Assembly: GCA_965112155.1 (NCBI GenBank)
Contig: OZ218099.1
DNA length: 64,000 nucleotides
Strand: one strand, 5' to 3'
From: Podarcis liolepis
Lineage: Eukaryota
Below the pieces are notes generated by a model. The model made no database searches. It saw only the letters and a list, made by a program, of their open reading frames with translations, and was not told the DNA's origin. The first letter of the stretch is position 1. Each line of letters opens with the position of its first letter. The translations under genes and the position numbers were made by a program. Positions 11,231-24,816 of the stretch are shown in pieces.

Positions 11231-12699
11231 CCCCCTCCACAAACAGCTTTGACAAAAACACAATATGTAACAATGGATAATGAAGAAAAGGCTCCAAGAA
11301 TGTTTTCTCTTTTTTTTAAGTAGAAAGAATTTCTCCGTTCTTAGATGGAAGATGGAAGCCCTCCCTTCTAAACAATTAATCTTGTTTGACGAAGGAAGAG
11401 TGGAATGAGGGGTGTCCAAAGACACAGTAGTCAGCCAAACATATGTTTGCTTAACTTTTATTTGTCTCAGAGCCAATGTAAAACACGCTATAGTGCTAAT
11501 ATGAGTTCTTTCAAAATATGTTTCCGCTCTTTAGGGAATATAGCAGAGGAGGATTGTTTAGTTCAAAAGGGAGGATTACAACGTCTCGTATTATTATTCT
11601 TCATTACAATAGCAGCAAGAGAACAGAGTTTCTTATGGGCTCTTCTTGTGTTTAGTGCTGCAAGAAGCTGTTCTCACCCCCCCCCCCCGCCCCCAGCCAG
11701 GAACATATTAATTCAAAGAGACAGAGGAAGTGAAGGATAGAAAGGAATATATGGGAAAATAATAGCTTGAGTGCCACATTAGACTCTGGACTTTAAAAGT
11801 AAGAAGTCAAGAATATAACTACTTGAGAATTAGAATCTAATAACTGGTTCCAGTCAACATATAGTTTGTGGGGTGTGTGTTTTTTTTAAATAAATTCTAC
11901 TTTTCTGATCAAGTAGCAAATCTGCTTTTTGCAGAGTGAAATGGAGCACAAACTTAGGTCTGTTTGCACCTCTGTTTATGTCTAAGAACTAGGAATGCCT
12001 GGAGGGAAGTATGGGAGAAGTGTGGCCTTGGGCTCACCACACATCTAGTGACTGGATTCCATGTTGCTGAAGTGAACAGTTGATTTTGTCTTTTTTTCTA
12101 AAACTCCGGTTATGTTATACATCATTTCAAGAGTGAAATATTGTAGCCTGAGTGGTTCATCACAGAGATACTACACACACTAGTGTCTCAGTCCTGGTGC
12201 TTGTGATCCTATCCTTCAAATGTTACCGGAGCCCTATGGGATCCATGGGAACAGCAACCATTCCACCCCAGCAATGCACCAGCTGAGTCAGAGAGTAGAA
12301 CCTGAAGACTTCAGGTCTGCAGGATCTGACTCATTTTACCTGAGGATGAGAGAACTACGTAGAAGGCATTGTAATAGACATGTGACCATCAACTTTTGGA
12401 CACAGCATTAAATGGGATATGAAAGATACTTGGCACATGGCATGACAACAGTGCTCTGGCTATGGTTTCCTAATGTCACTCCTATGATCTGCAAAGCCAC
12501 AGAAATTTGTGGTTCTCTCCAAGTTGTAACTGAGTACCAGAGCTCCGTCTGCAGTATCAGAGGAGTAATCTGCATGACTCCGCTCATAAAAACAGTATGC
12601 ATATCAAAGTGAAAGCTCGTGGCATTTAGTAGAAATCTTTGGTTATTTTTTTAATTAAGAAAACATAGAATGAACACTTTAGTTGGGGTAAAAATCAAG

Positions 12700-12761
12700 G
12701 TGGGATAAATTCTAATTCTAAATGAATTAGTGGGATAAATTCTAATTCTAATTCTAAATGA
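12700..12761. repeat. 30-bp tandem duplication
   Basis: GTGGGATAAATTCTAATTCTA(ATTCTA)AATGA occurs at 12700 and 12730. Confidence 0.85.
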
Positions 12762-14650
12762 TGGAACAGAAGACTGAAATATATGAGCTTTCTAATGACG
12801 CACTATGTCACTATGTCTGCAACTCTGTTTCCATTTACTTGGGAGTAAGGACCACTGAACCCAGTGGGACTTCCTTACTGGGTAGATATAATATATGATT
12901 GCACTGTAAGACATGCTGTCTCTTACATAAGGCATGCATTAAAAATAGTTGTGTGTTTTTTTTCAAGAACGGAGACAAATGCAACACTAAAAATGTTTTA
13001 AAATAACTTTTTATAAATTGTGGTGTATGTGTGTGTAGGGGGCAGGATAACACAGAGAGCATTTGAAACATTTAAAGCTCTCTTTTAACTTGAGCAATAT
13101 GATGGGGTAATAGACATTCATCCAAGGTTTTTGTAAGACTAGAAGAATGTTCAGCCTTTAGCTTCCGTCTAAACTGAACTTGGTCAGCACTTCAACATGA
13201 AACTTGGACAAGTTCTTAGGTTTTCTTGAGAACCCTTTGGGATGCCTGTTCTTGGAAGTGTGTTCAATTTGTGCTTTGTTATGCTATGAAACCTGGCACA
13301 ACCTAGCACAACATGCATCATTCTGCAGAAAATGGGAGAAGAAAGGAACTACTAATTTGGTTGTTTATATGGATGAAAAAATGAACTGATTGTAGAAGGG
13401 AGTTAAAGCTACTATGCATCTTGGACAATCATGCCTTATCAAAGAGATAGGAGCAAATTATGCAAGCCAAAAGCCTGGCCTGGCAATGAAAGCTGTTACT
13501 GAGCTACATGTGATCCAGGAAAAATTCTTAACCTGTGCATGCTCTCTTATCCATTAAAATATCAAAGGAAAACAGCAATTTTTTTTAAAGACAGAGCTAA
13601 TTTGCCACAAATCCATAGTTTCTAGTAAAGGATTTTTACACTCCTTGTGCCTTAAGATTCCTATGCAACTGAATTTCTTCTTCGATTTTGGAGCTTTCAA
13701 GTTATCTGAGTTTTTATTTTTTATTAGCACTGATCTGTTTTTGGTATCTGGGTTTTGTTCAGACCATTAGCCAGGCACAGTTTTTCAACTGGCATATATT
13801 TTCCTTTGTTACAGATTACCAATGAGTGTGCATGCACTCACACCAATATTTTGTTTTGCACCGTGATTTAAGCCAATTGTAATGCACTCATGTCCACCAG
13901 GTCAACGTGTGTAGGGAAAAGAAAAGACTAATGGGAAACTTCAGCAAACTGCACATGTCCCAATTCTGTAATTAATTTTAGAAGCTCTCCATTATAAACT
14001 GGAAGACACGCAGAGCAGAACACAAGACAGAGCCAAGCCAAGTCACAGTATAATAACAACATGAAAGTAGAGGATATCTGCACATTCTTAATTGTCTAGC
14101 TATAGCTAAACACAAAAGCTAAGTGAGGCAGGTAGGAGAAAGCAAAAGAATATGGGAAACTGTTGACAGGTAGGTGAATCTGTCTTCTTACCCTGCACAA
14201 ACTGATGGAAGAAAATGGAAGAAAACCACTTATCCCACCAGCTGCTTATGGGATGTTTAACCCCCCACCCAAGGAATTTTCTTTCTTTCCACTTTCATTC
14301 ATAAGGGGGAGAAGCATGTACCTGATTCACAGATTCGTGAGTACTTAAACATGCATGTGGATCTCTTGCACACATAGTGGCCCTTACTGATTTCATAGAG
14401 GGAACTATTACGTGTGCAAAAACAATTCACACACAGATAGGCTCCTTTCAGTGAAGTGCATGAGTAAGTTTTTCAGAGCCTCTGTGCTTGCATAGAGCAC
14501 TGGTCCAGGGTCAAGTTGTTAGCAGACATGCAAAAGGTGGGTAAGAAAAGAAATTTTAGGTGGCACAACATAACAACTAGGAATTTAGCCCTGGGATTTC
14601 CCCTAAAGCAAAAATATGAGGTTCATGCTTAGGCAAAACTTCTAAGGAAC

Positions 14651-14993
14651 TTAAAGGTATTCCTGACCGTTAGGTCCAGTCGCGAACGACTTTGGGGTTG
14701 TGGCGCTCATCTCGCTCTATAGGCTGAGGGAGCCGGTGTTTGTCCGCAGACAGCCTCTGGGTCATGTGGCCAGCATGACTTAGGCGCTTCTGGCGAAATC
14801 AGAGCAGTGCACAGAAATGCCATTTACCTTCCCACCAGAGTGGTATCTATTTATCTACTTGCACTTTGATGTGCTTTCGAATTGCTAGGTGGGCAGGAGC
14901 TGGGACCAAGCAATGGGAGTTCACCCCATCGCGGGGATTTGAACAGCCGACCTTCTGATCGGCAAGCCCTAGGCTCAGTGGTTTAGAGCACAG
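14651..14993 (-). mobile_element. Sauria SINE, near full length
   Basis: Diagnostic segments GGTCATGTGGCCAGCATGACT, TATTTATCTACTTGCAC and CTTCTGATCGGCAAGCCCTAGGCTCAGTGGTTTAG. The TAAAGGT tail is at the left end. Confidence 0.92.
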
Positions 14994-17900
14994 AAGAACT
15001 AAAGGAGTTTTGATAAAGCTAGTGATCTGTAAATTGCCATCCAAGTTTATATGAATTACATAAACCTTTAGCATTCTTATTAGCAAGGAAGCTTTCATTT
15101 CCTCAAGTGTTCTGTGCTTCAAGTTGTCTTTAACTATCTGAAGCTTATATGGCCAAGTCAAGCCACTGTCCACTTGGCCCAACGTTGTCTACTTTGACTG
15201 ACAGTGGCTCTGGAAAGTCTTTGGGAGACCTTCTGTATTCAAAGCATTGACCACAGACACTTACTCATGTAATTTGTTCTAGTTATGGATTTGAAGGGGT
15301 ACACGGGAAACTACAGAGCACCAAAAGTTGCAAGATGCATTCTCATTACTCAGTATATTATTCTGTAATTTTTTGCCTCTTGTTATGAATGTAGGAGCCC
15401 TTCCTTCTCCACCTAGTTGAAAGGGTGTTACTTTACTTTCAGCTTTACTGAAATAAAAAGAAGACATAAAATAAACAAATTAAACAAACAAACAAACAAA
15501 CATAAAAATCTAATATTTCACACTGGCAGAGGAAGGAAGCAGAAAGAGAAAGGCAATGGTATAGGTCCCCCTTCATTGACACCTGGGAGAGTTTCTAGGG
15601 CTTGGACCCGACCCCCCAGCTCCTGAATCTGCTATTGGAAGTATCACTGAGAAGTTGCAAGGTTGCTCCCGAGGACTGTATAGGCAGAAGCCTCATGCCT
15701 AGCTAAATGCACTCCAAAATACAATCTTGAATTGCTCTCACTACTTTGACTACATGGAGCCCTTGAACTCTGTTCTACCTGTGCACATTTATTAGAGGTT
15801 GCTATTCTTCTTGATACTGAATGTTGCTTGTGGAGATTTTTGAGCCCATGGCATTATCTAGGGTGGTAGAAGTGTTTTGGCCCAATTCCAGAATGAAGCT
15901 TATCTAGCTGAAACCTCCCCCCCCAAAATTCCTGTTTTCAGCTAACATAGCTGCCCTTGAGCTGTGCATTGCTGATTAGTGAGCTGCTTGTCATTAGGAA
16001 GATGCTAAGATTCACAGAGGTGGTGATATCGTACTACCATGGGAGGTTATTTTAGTATACACCATGAATAATATGTTTTGAAAATCCCTTTGGGGTGAAC
16101 ACTTAATTAGCACTAAATCATCTCTGTGCTATGCATTTGATTACTGAAGTGCTTTCTTCAGTCACATATATTTTATAATAAGCATACCGCAGGGTGAAAT
16201 GTACCTCCAGTAATAATCAGCTCAGAACTGTTTCAGAAGGCACATTTTCATCTCTCAATGGTCCCTTTCTAACAACCTACTAATCTTTTCATTAAGCAGG
16301 CTTTTCATCAGCTCTGTTTCACACATCACTGCAACCTGAAGAGTTAAACAACCTAATTACAAAGGAGATGTTTCCACTTTTAAAGGCACATTAATTGTTG
16401 TCTGGAGCATTCAGTATACAGCACATTCTTACCCATGGATCAGTTTCTGACATTTACTTTACAAACAGGCAGTGACTAAGCTGCAAGAAACAAATGTCAA
16501 TACAAAGCCTAGCAACGACCTACAATGTGTACAAACTCGAGAAACCTGCTATCATGAGAAAGATGCTGTGCCAAATCAAAGTCCTAAAGAGCATAGAATG
16601 CAATAGGCTGTGATTCCCCCCCCCTCCAGTGCAATCCAGAAACACTGGGAAATGTTGCTCATCTCAAAGATTCACACAAGTGATAAACATATTTGCACAT
16701 TGTCATAAGGCTATAAATCTTGTCTCTAGCTTTGAATTTCATTGTTCTGCTCTTTGTCTTCAGACACTATGCGTCTGAACTCTAAATTAGTAAAAGCACA
16801 AGCAAAATTCATCATGTTCTGGTTCTTCATTTTCTCTTACTAATAAGCTCCAGACTTGTTTGTTCATTTTCTTTCAGACACATTTATTTCTTGTGGCTTG
16901 CATGTCATTACTTGTGATGGACAAGTCTCAAGAGTTTAGTAGGTTCAGCTAAGCCCTTAAAGGTCTGGACAAATAAATAGGGATTATCTGAAGCTTTGGA
17001 GTGCATGTCTTCCGATTATCTATATTTCATTTGTCTTCCTTTTCTTTTTTTCTTTTTACATCTACTTTCTTCACTTGTCTTCTTAACTCATGAGTTACAA
17101 GTAGATTCTAGAGGGCCAACTGAAAATAATCTTTCACAGCAGCCCATATTCATGGTGCAGTACTGATGCCAGTAGCTGGTCTCACACTGGATCTGAATAA
17201 AGTCACTGTTGTTAGGAAGAGTAGCAAGCAGCTATTCAAGTGTTCTATTCAATAGTTTGATGGTGACTAAGTCACAATCATGTGTCAATGTTGAGATCCA
17301 GACCCAATAACCAACGCAGAAGCAGCCATCAACTGGGCTGGAGCTGTATATGCCTTAGGTAAAGAACAAATTTATAAAGCAAGAAAAATTCTTAGAACAG
17401 GATAAAGACAACTTCCTAAGATTATCCATGCTATATGTGGGTGGCAAAATGGGGGAAAAGGTGAATTTGCCAAATATTTTCAATGGTGGACTGAAATTCT
17501 CTTAACAGTTCAGGAGGAGATGGGGGAGGAATCCAAAGAAGTTAGAAAATTCTTTTGGGAGAAACTTCTGGTCACTTACTTTTGAAAGAAACAATCGCTA
17601 GCTCATTTGGGTGGCTAAAGGATGAAATGGGGTAAACGAAAAGAACTGGAAGGAGTAACAATTAAGCCTATTTCTTCCTTCAACAATATTAATATTAAAA
17701 AGTATTAAAGTTGGTTCCACAGCTGAATCCAAAACTGACATATGGCAAAAACAGAGGCCATTTTACTGAATATTTTGGGGGGAGGAATGACATTCTCTAA
17801 CACCTCAGAAGGAATTGATTTCCCCCAAAAATCTTTGTCAGATAATTATTTTCTGAGCAATTTCAGCATGGCTCTAGCTCTGGTAAATGGGAGGTATCCG

Positions 17901-19019
17901 TCTCCCCATGACAGCAACACTTTGCTGCCCCCTTTCCCTGTTTGGCTTCATAAAATTACATTGTTTGTGACCATTTGAATGGTTCCCTTAGAAGTGAGGC
18001 CAGGCCCATCAAATGGACCCAAATTCCATTATGCTGTATCCAATATGTTCACAGCTTCTTGTGAAATGAAGTGTCTACTGGTTTGGAGTCACACTGTGAT
18101 CTCAGGAGAACTGAGCCAAAATTTCTCAGAAGATATTTTGCTGGAAAAAATGCCTGAGCTTCCCTGGCCCCTCATCCCCACTAGAGAAAGGCGACTTTGT
18201 ATAATCTTCTCCACCATTTTTTGATGGCAGAAAAACATACCCCAATGCCATGGAACAATGCCAGGCCTAGGGCAGTATGGAGGATGCAAATGGCAGGCAG
18301 GCTGCCAGCACAGTTGGCAAAATCACTACTTGAAGGAGCATCAGCAAGAGCAACACACACTCTGCAAAAAAAGAAGAAGAAAAAGAAAAGAGGAAAAAGA
18401 ATATGTGCTACTGCCACTGCTTATAGTAAGCCCCACCCCCAAGAAACTATTGGAGGATTTCATATTCTCTTGGAGAAACTCAGTGAAATGGTTGCCCCAA
18501 TTTCTACTTCCACAAATAGGGTGGAAACTTTCAAGAGGCTGTTTGTGCAGGAGCTCTAGATCTCTGTTTCCTGCCTGGGAGGAATCTGTGGTCACAGACA
18601 CAATCAACACCAGAAGGATAAAAGATATATTCCCTGAGTTGTGTTTTCTTATCTTTCACCACTTTAAGCCACCACAGCACTCTTCAGAGGGAGATGTAGC
18701 CTCTGGTATGGATACCTGTAAGCTTGACTGAAGGTCTCTAGGAACCACACTTACATTAGGTTCACATCCATCAGAAAGTGGACATTTTTGCACCTTAAAT
18801 AACAGAGAATTCTCTACTTGGAGTTCTCTACTTGGAATAGACTCGGAGAGAAACCATTACTTCTCTCCCCACATCCCCAGACTTTATGTCCCCTATACAG
18901 ACTAACCAGGTATAGGTTGTGACTATCAGCAGCAAAACATCTTCCTAGCTAGCACATTATATATCCAGGACTTAGTTGGGAAACAATGTATACCTGAGAT
19001 TTATAATAATAGTGGAAAC

Positions 19020-19053
19020 CACACACACACACGCGCGCGTGTGTGTGTGTGCG

Positions 19054-19098
<45 letters not shown>
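19020..19098. repeat. Compound microsatellite (AC)6(GC)3(GT)6-(CT)13-(AT)9
   Basis: Directly visible. Confidence 0.95.
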
Positions 19099-19129
19099 GA
19101 GAACTGTGAAGTTATGGTGGTGGCAGTGA

Positions 19130-19790
19130 TTATTTTATTTCCTGTCCTTCACCCTAAGGTCCCAGGGTGGGTTACAACAATTCAAATACAACATTTAAAC
19201 AGTTTAAAACAACTTATAATCACAAACATTGGAGGAATCCTAAATAAACATCTCAGGTGTCTAAGGCCCTGGAGAAGACAGAGACATTTTCAAACACTGC
19301 ATAGTTCAGCAACTGTGTGTCACTGAAAACTGTAAAGTTTCCAGATATGCCTCTGTGGGGTACAGATTCCACAGCTTAGCAGGGGTCAGCAAACTTTTTC
19401 AGCAGGGGGCCAGTCCACTGTCCCTTAGACCTTGTGGGAGGGGCGGACTATATTTTGAGGGGGGAAATGAATTAATTCCTATGCCCCACAAATAACCCAG
19501 AGATGCATTTTAAATAAAAGGACACATTCTACTCATGTAAAAACACACTGATTCCTGGACCATCCGTAGGCTGGATTTAGAAGGCGATTGGGCCTGATCC
19601 AGCCCCCAGGCCTTAGTTTGCCTACCCATAGAGGCTGCCACATAAAGTGTCTGTCCCAGGCCGTCACCACCCTAAGCTTCTGAGGGTGAAATGTCCAAAA
19701 GGGCTCCCTCTGCTGCTCTTAATACCCAAGGGGATCTGCAGGGAAGGAGGTGGTCTTCCAGATACACAGGAATATGAAATAGTCATTATA
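19130..19790 (-). mobile_element. Degenerate L2-type LINE 3' region, interrupted by a hAT MITE
   Basis: A TTTATTT..CCCAGGGTGGGTTACAAC tail-like end, and TTCCACAGCTTAG/GAGGCTGCCAC resumes across the MITE. Boundaries are approximate. Confidence 0.5.
19380..19630. mobile_element. hAT MITE
   Basis: Imperfect TIRs CAGGGGTCAGCAAACT ... AGTTTGCCTACCCAT. No TSD evident. Confidence 0.75.
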
Positions 19791-22700
19791 TCACAATTGC
19801 CAGAAAGATTCCTCAAAGTCAATGATTTCCAAGGCAGAGTGGGAAGACAGTAAGCCCCTCAACTTCCATCTGTCTGCATTGATGCTGCAGAAAAAAACTT
19901 AGCCTACATAAGGGGTTGGGGTTAATCTCCTAGAGAGGGGCAAGCTTTCAAGAATGTTCCACCCAGAACTCATGTACGGGCAGACTTGTCTAATTGCACC
20001 CTCACATGTGACACTGCACAGAGGCCATGTAACAACCATTAGACACCAGGGATAAATTATCTGAGAAAATGCAGAAATGGGAGAAGACTGAAAGGGGGAA
20101 ATATAGCAATAACAGGTAGGACTTGCAGCTAGCCTTGCTAAAGCATTCATTTCTGTGAATTCTTGAACTTCTAGTTCCTGATTAATCTTCTCTGTAGGTT
20201 TACCAAAAGAGATTTGACTTGCGCGTCTATCTCTTTAAAGAAAAACAGATGTGCCTGAGGAAGCCATTAGTGCTCAATAAGGTGTCCTATGTCTGATGAG
20301 CAAACTGACCACAGTACCGCTTCCTAAGTATTCTGATTAAACAAATAAAAGAGGAATACAGAGCTGGCTTTCAATACTAACGGTTTTAAAAGCCCTCCAT
20401 AGAGATCATTATCTTGGCAAGATCTGTGAAGAGAATCTTTGCAGAGCCTAATAATGTGGCAGTGGTAAGCACTTAAGAGATTCATCGTTTCAAAAGAGAC
20501 CCCAACGCAGAGGACTTGAAGGGAACGTATATGGAACCTTCAGCCTGGAAAAATACTTTAATGAGGGGTGAGATATAGCCCAGACTTGTGGAAATTTTTC
20601 TCTTTGAGGATCCTTTTTTTAAAAATACCAATTACTCTTCAAAGCTATCACATTAACATATTTTGGCATAAGATGATAATTAAAGTAGATGAGTGGTTTG
20701 TCCAGTGCTTTTGCATGTGATGTACTCAACAACACTCTTTTCTGACACTCTTAGGCTGTCACACACATTTCTTACTTTGGCACGTTATATAAACACTGAT
20801 TTCAATTAAGTCAAGAATCTAAAAACATTTCAGACTATTCATCTTTTCTCTCTCTCTCCCTGAAGACATGACAAATTATTAATTACAGTGATTGTTGTTC
20901 CTTGTTTTCAAAACCTTTTGCACACTAGAGGGGAAAAATTGCCAGCAATTTTGTGTTTTCCTGTTGCATCTTCCAAATTCGTTTTTATTTTAGCTCAAAT
21001 CCTCTTAAGGATTAACAGTGACTGTTTTTCATTCTGCTTCTCATAACTGCTCAAAACCCTTCCTTGTTTTCATGTGCTTCTGGTAACACCACAGTAAAAA
21101 ACAACACTGCAACATTAAAGACTTGGACACAGATGAGGACTAAACAGAGCCCACAGAAGGAAGAGGCATAGGTCTCAATGTTTGTTCATTGGTTTCATTT
21201 GTGCATCAATTCTTGTGCTCACAAAATGAACACTTCTTCCCTTAAGTACCTTTCCATTTTAAAAAATAACTTACAGTCCTTTCACTGAGTTCTGCCACCT
21301 CCATTCTGCCACAGGGGGATCCTAGGGCATTTTCTATTGCCCTAATCAGTTAGAGACTTCCAATTATGTTTCTGGCTAGCTGTGCCCCACGACAAACATG
21401 TCAACCATGCTCCCTAGATGATGCAGGATTGATGCAATTCTGAAAGGAACTGTGGATATGTGCACCTAGGGCTCCCTGCAGAGGGATGTGAACCCTAACT
21501 GACCAGCTGGGAGGGAGCAATACATATACAGGTATTGTGTGTTGCAGGGTGTGTGGCTGGCACACTGGAAGTTCTATGATTTTTAGTAAATAGTAAATAG
21601 CAGCCACCAGGGTTGATCTGGATTGAGGTGGTGGTGGTGGTGATGATGATGAGGGGGAGGAGGGGATGGAAGCCCTTTCTTGTGACTACTATTAACAGAA
21701 CAAAATAGAATCATTGCCAGTTTTGTGTTCATTGTCATGCCAACTTAAGGACAGGGCCTTTTCTACAGTGGCATCAAAACTAAGGAACCATACTCTGGAG
21801 CAAAACTGTTTCATCCCTTTGACATTGACTTTCCACTAACAGGCAAAAAGACTGGATTGTTGTGAATCCAAAGCCACTTGAGTGGTAGAGGGGATTCCTC
21901 AATTTAGCTCATTGTCTGACTCTCAGCTCCCTCTGCTGGCTTCAGTTTTTTGGCTTATTTTCATAGTTTGCCGTTTTCAACTCTTGGGTTTTTTAAAAAA
22001 TCACTAGCCATATTGAAGAGCCTTTGGCATAAAAGGGAGAATACTAAAAGTAAAGAAAAAATAAGACACATAAATCTTTGAGCATTTTATTCTCCTCTTA
22101 ATAGGAACACATAATTCCCCCCCCCCCATTTTCTCTGGGTTATCTGTAGTGGTGTGGCAACAGCAGAACTCCTGTGTTAGTCTAGCCACTATTTTATTTT
22201 CCATACAGTGTCCAGACATAATATTATTGCAGGGCATTGTAGAGTAAATGACAGATGCGGAGAAAACAGCTACCTACTGGGACATTGTGGGGAAATCAAA
22301 ATGGTGGCTTTGGCACCAGCATGGAAACCCATCTGTTGCACTGACCAGAAGATTCAGATGGGACCCCAATTCAGTGCTTAGGAAAATCGCTACCTTGAGC
22401 TGAAGTGGTTTGGAGGCCTGGGGGGGGGGTGAAGGTTGTTTCCCCTCATTCAGTTTTGGGATATTAAAAAAAATGTCTATCACTTTCTTCCCTATTGTTG
22501 TAAGTAGCTAAAATTTGCAAACACAGTAATTTATAAAGCCTGCCAAATTACAGGCAGATAGGGCAATATCTGTGTGTGCTGGGGGCCTCCCAAAAACATT
22601 TTTTTTAAAGGAATCCTCTAGAACATTTTTATTTTTTGACGATAAAAGTTGACACAAGTTGCTATTTCTAAGGGCATGTATACAATACAATATAACAAAT

Positions 22701-23159
22701 AAACAATATAATCAAAGCAAAATAAAACCTAAAACCAATAAAACAGCAGTATAAAACATATAAAAGCAAATAAAACAAAAATTCAGGGGATTTGAGCACA
22801 TAAAACAGGGTCAAATTTTACGGGTCAGGGAAAGCCTGGGCAAAAAGATGTCTTTATAAGACATCTGAAGCAACTGATAATTGCTGCTTCACATATGGCA
22901 GAGAGAAGGGCATTCCATGGCCTGCCCCTTTTCAAGGCAACACCCTATGATATTCTGCAGTGTGTGGTGGCACAGGTAGAATTTCTTGAGATGATGTAAG
23001 ATGGCAGCTGGCAGAGTTCTGGGGCTGCTGCCCCCTCACCGTGTCCCTGGCAGAGCTGGTGGCTTTTAAATGTAAAAAAGGGAGATGCAAAGGTAAAAAG
23101 TCACATACAGGATTTAAGCCCTTTCGCCTCCCCTAAAGTCTGAGTGATTCATACTACTA

Positions 23160-23410
23160 AGGTAAAGGTAAAGGTACCCCTGCCCGAACGGGCCAGTCTT
23201 GACAGACTCTGGGGTTTGTGCGCCCATCTCACATCTATAGGCCGGGGGCCAGCGCTGTCCGGAGACACTTCCGGGTCACGTGGCCAGCGTGACAAAGCTG
23301 CATCTGGCGAGCCAGCGCAGCACACGGAACGCCGTTTACCTTCCCGCTGGTAAGCGGTACCTATTTATCTACTTGCACCCGGGGGTGCTTTCGAACTGCT
23401 AGGTTGGTAG
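23160..23410 (-). mobile_element. 5'-truncated young Sauria SINE
   Basis: (AAAGGT)n tail and CpG-rich body. Exact 12-bp TSD TTCATACTACTA (23148-23159, 23411-23422). Confidence 0.93.
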
Positions 23411-23811
23411 TTCATACTACTACCTTCTTCCTATTGTGAGATTTGTCAGAAATGAGTGAAATAATTTTTTAAAAGCCTATTTTTTAAACTGAAAGGAAGA
23501 CCCTTAAAATATAATGAGTATAAGCATCAGGATAAAAGAAAATGGAGTGGGGGAGATGAATTGGAGTATGGCACTTATTTTCTTTCTTTTTATCTTTGTC
23601 TGTTTGCCAGAAAAGTAATGGTAGTAGACTGAGTCAAGGGTGTCCCTTGCTCAAATTCCTATCTTTCTCCTGCTTTCATCTGCAAGCCACAAACCCAAGA
23701 GTGTGCCAAACCAGACAAGATAGAAATAAGATGGGGATATCTCAAGGTTTCTGCTTGCTTGTAAAAATATCAAAGTAGCCCCAACCTGGATCAGAATCAA
23801 AATGCTAGGAA

Positions 23812-23813
<2 letters not shown>

Positions 23814-23858
<45 letters not shown>

Positions 23859-23862
23859 TGTG
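23814..23862. repeat. (TG)n microsatellite
   Basis: Directly visible. Confidence 0.97.
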
Positions 23863-24816
23863 TCACAATCTGAATTGTCACACCTGAAATTTTCCTTCAG
23901 GGGCAAATGGTATATTCAGATGTGGAAAATGGTTCTGCCTTAAAAGGAGATACAAGTTAATTCTAACATTGTTCTACCAGCTAGTAACATACATAGCTAT
24001 GAAACCTAGGTGTCTTTTTAATTCTGTTTCAAGTATCCACACATTCCACGTTAAGCTGCAATGCTTAATTTAATATCAGCATGGCAATTGTATGGGTATT
24101 AAACAACAGATTATATCACCTGAGGGACACAGAAATAGAATTCAGAACGCGCTATGATGACTTTGAAGGATGGTTGTATTTTTCATATGAGTCAGAAAAG
24201 CAAAAGCAAAGAATCTCAACCACATATGAAATGAACTAATGCAGACGCTATGTTGAACACACTGCCTGCGGCACTCGTTCCCCATCAGGATGAAAAAGAT
24301 GTCCACACCACTGTCATGGTCCACAGGCTACAAGCGTTCCCAATGTAGCTGATTACTCAAAGCTTTCTGACAGCAGCAGGTCAGCAACTGTGGATCACCG
24401 GATGTCTGAGGGGCAATAATTTTGCATTTTAATGACCTAACTGCCAAAACTTTATCAAGGAAAGAGCAAAGCAGGAGAACCAAGGGACAAGATGGAAAAT
24501 ATATCCAGACATCTTTCTTTGCTTAACTGCTGGTGAGAATGGAACAAATAATACTACTCCAAATTCCACTGACTTGTAAAAATTGTGGGTTCCCCCCACC
24601 AACTGAAAAATATTAATTTTTCTGCTACGGTGAGGTTGACCACATCCACACATGGAATCAGCCATCTGAATATTTGGATACTTTGTGACTGCCTACTGAA
24701 ACTGCAGTTCTTTCCATGCCCTTTTCATATGTGCATACTAAATACATAGAGGTGGAAGCAGGATGGCACCCACAAGCCTCACCCCAACCTGTCTTCAGTG
24801 GAAAGGGGGTCTATAT

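Noticed and set aside
18197-18731. Overlapping ORFs with a poly-Lys/Arg tract (NLS-like)
   Set aside because: The tract comes from an A/G-rich simple repeat, and there is no other protein signal.
24150-24360. Box C motif ATGATGA as a possible C/D snoRNA (also GTGATGATCTGA near 50404)
   Set aside because: No box D at a suitable distance and no terminal stem.
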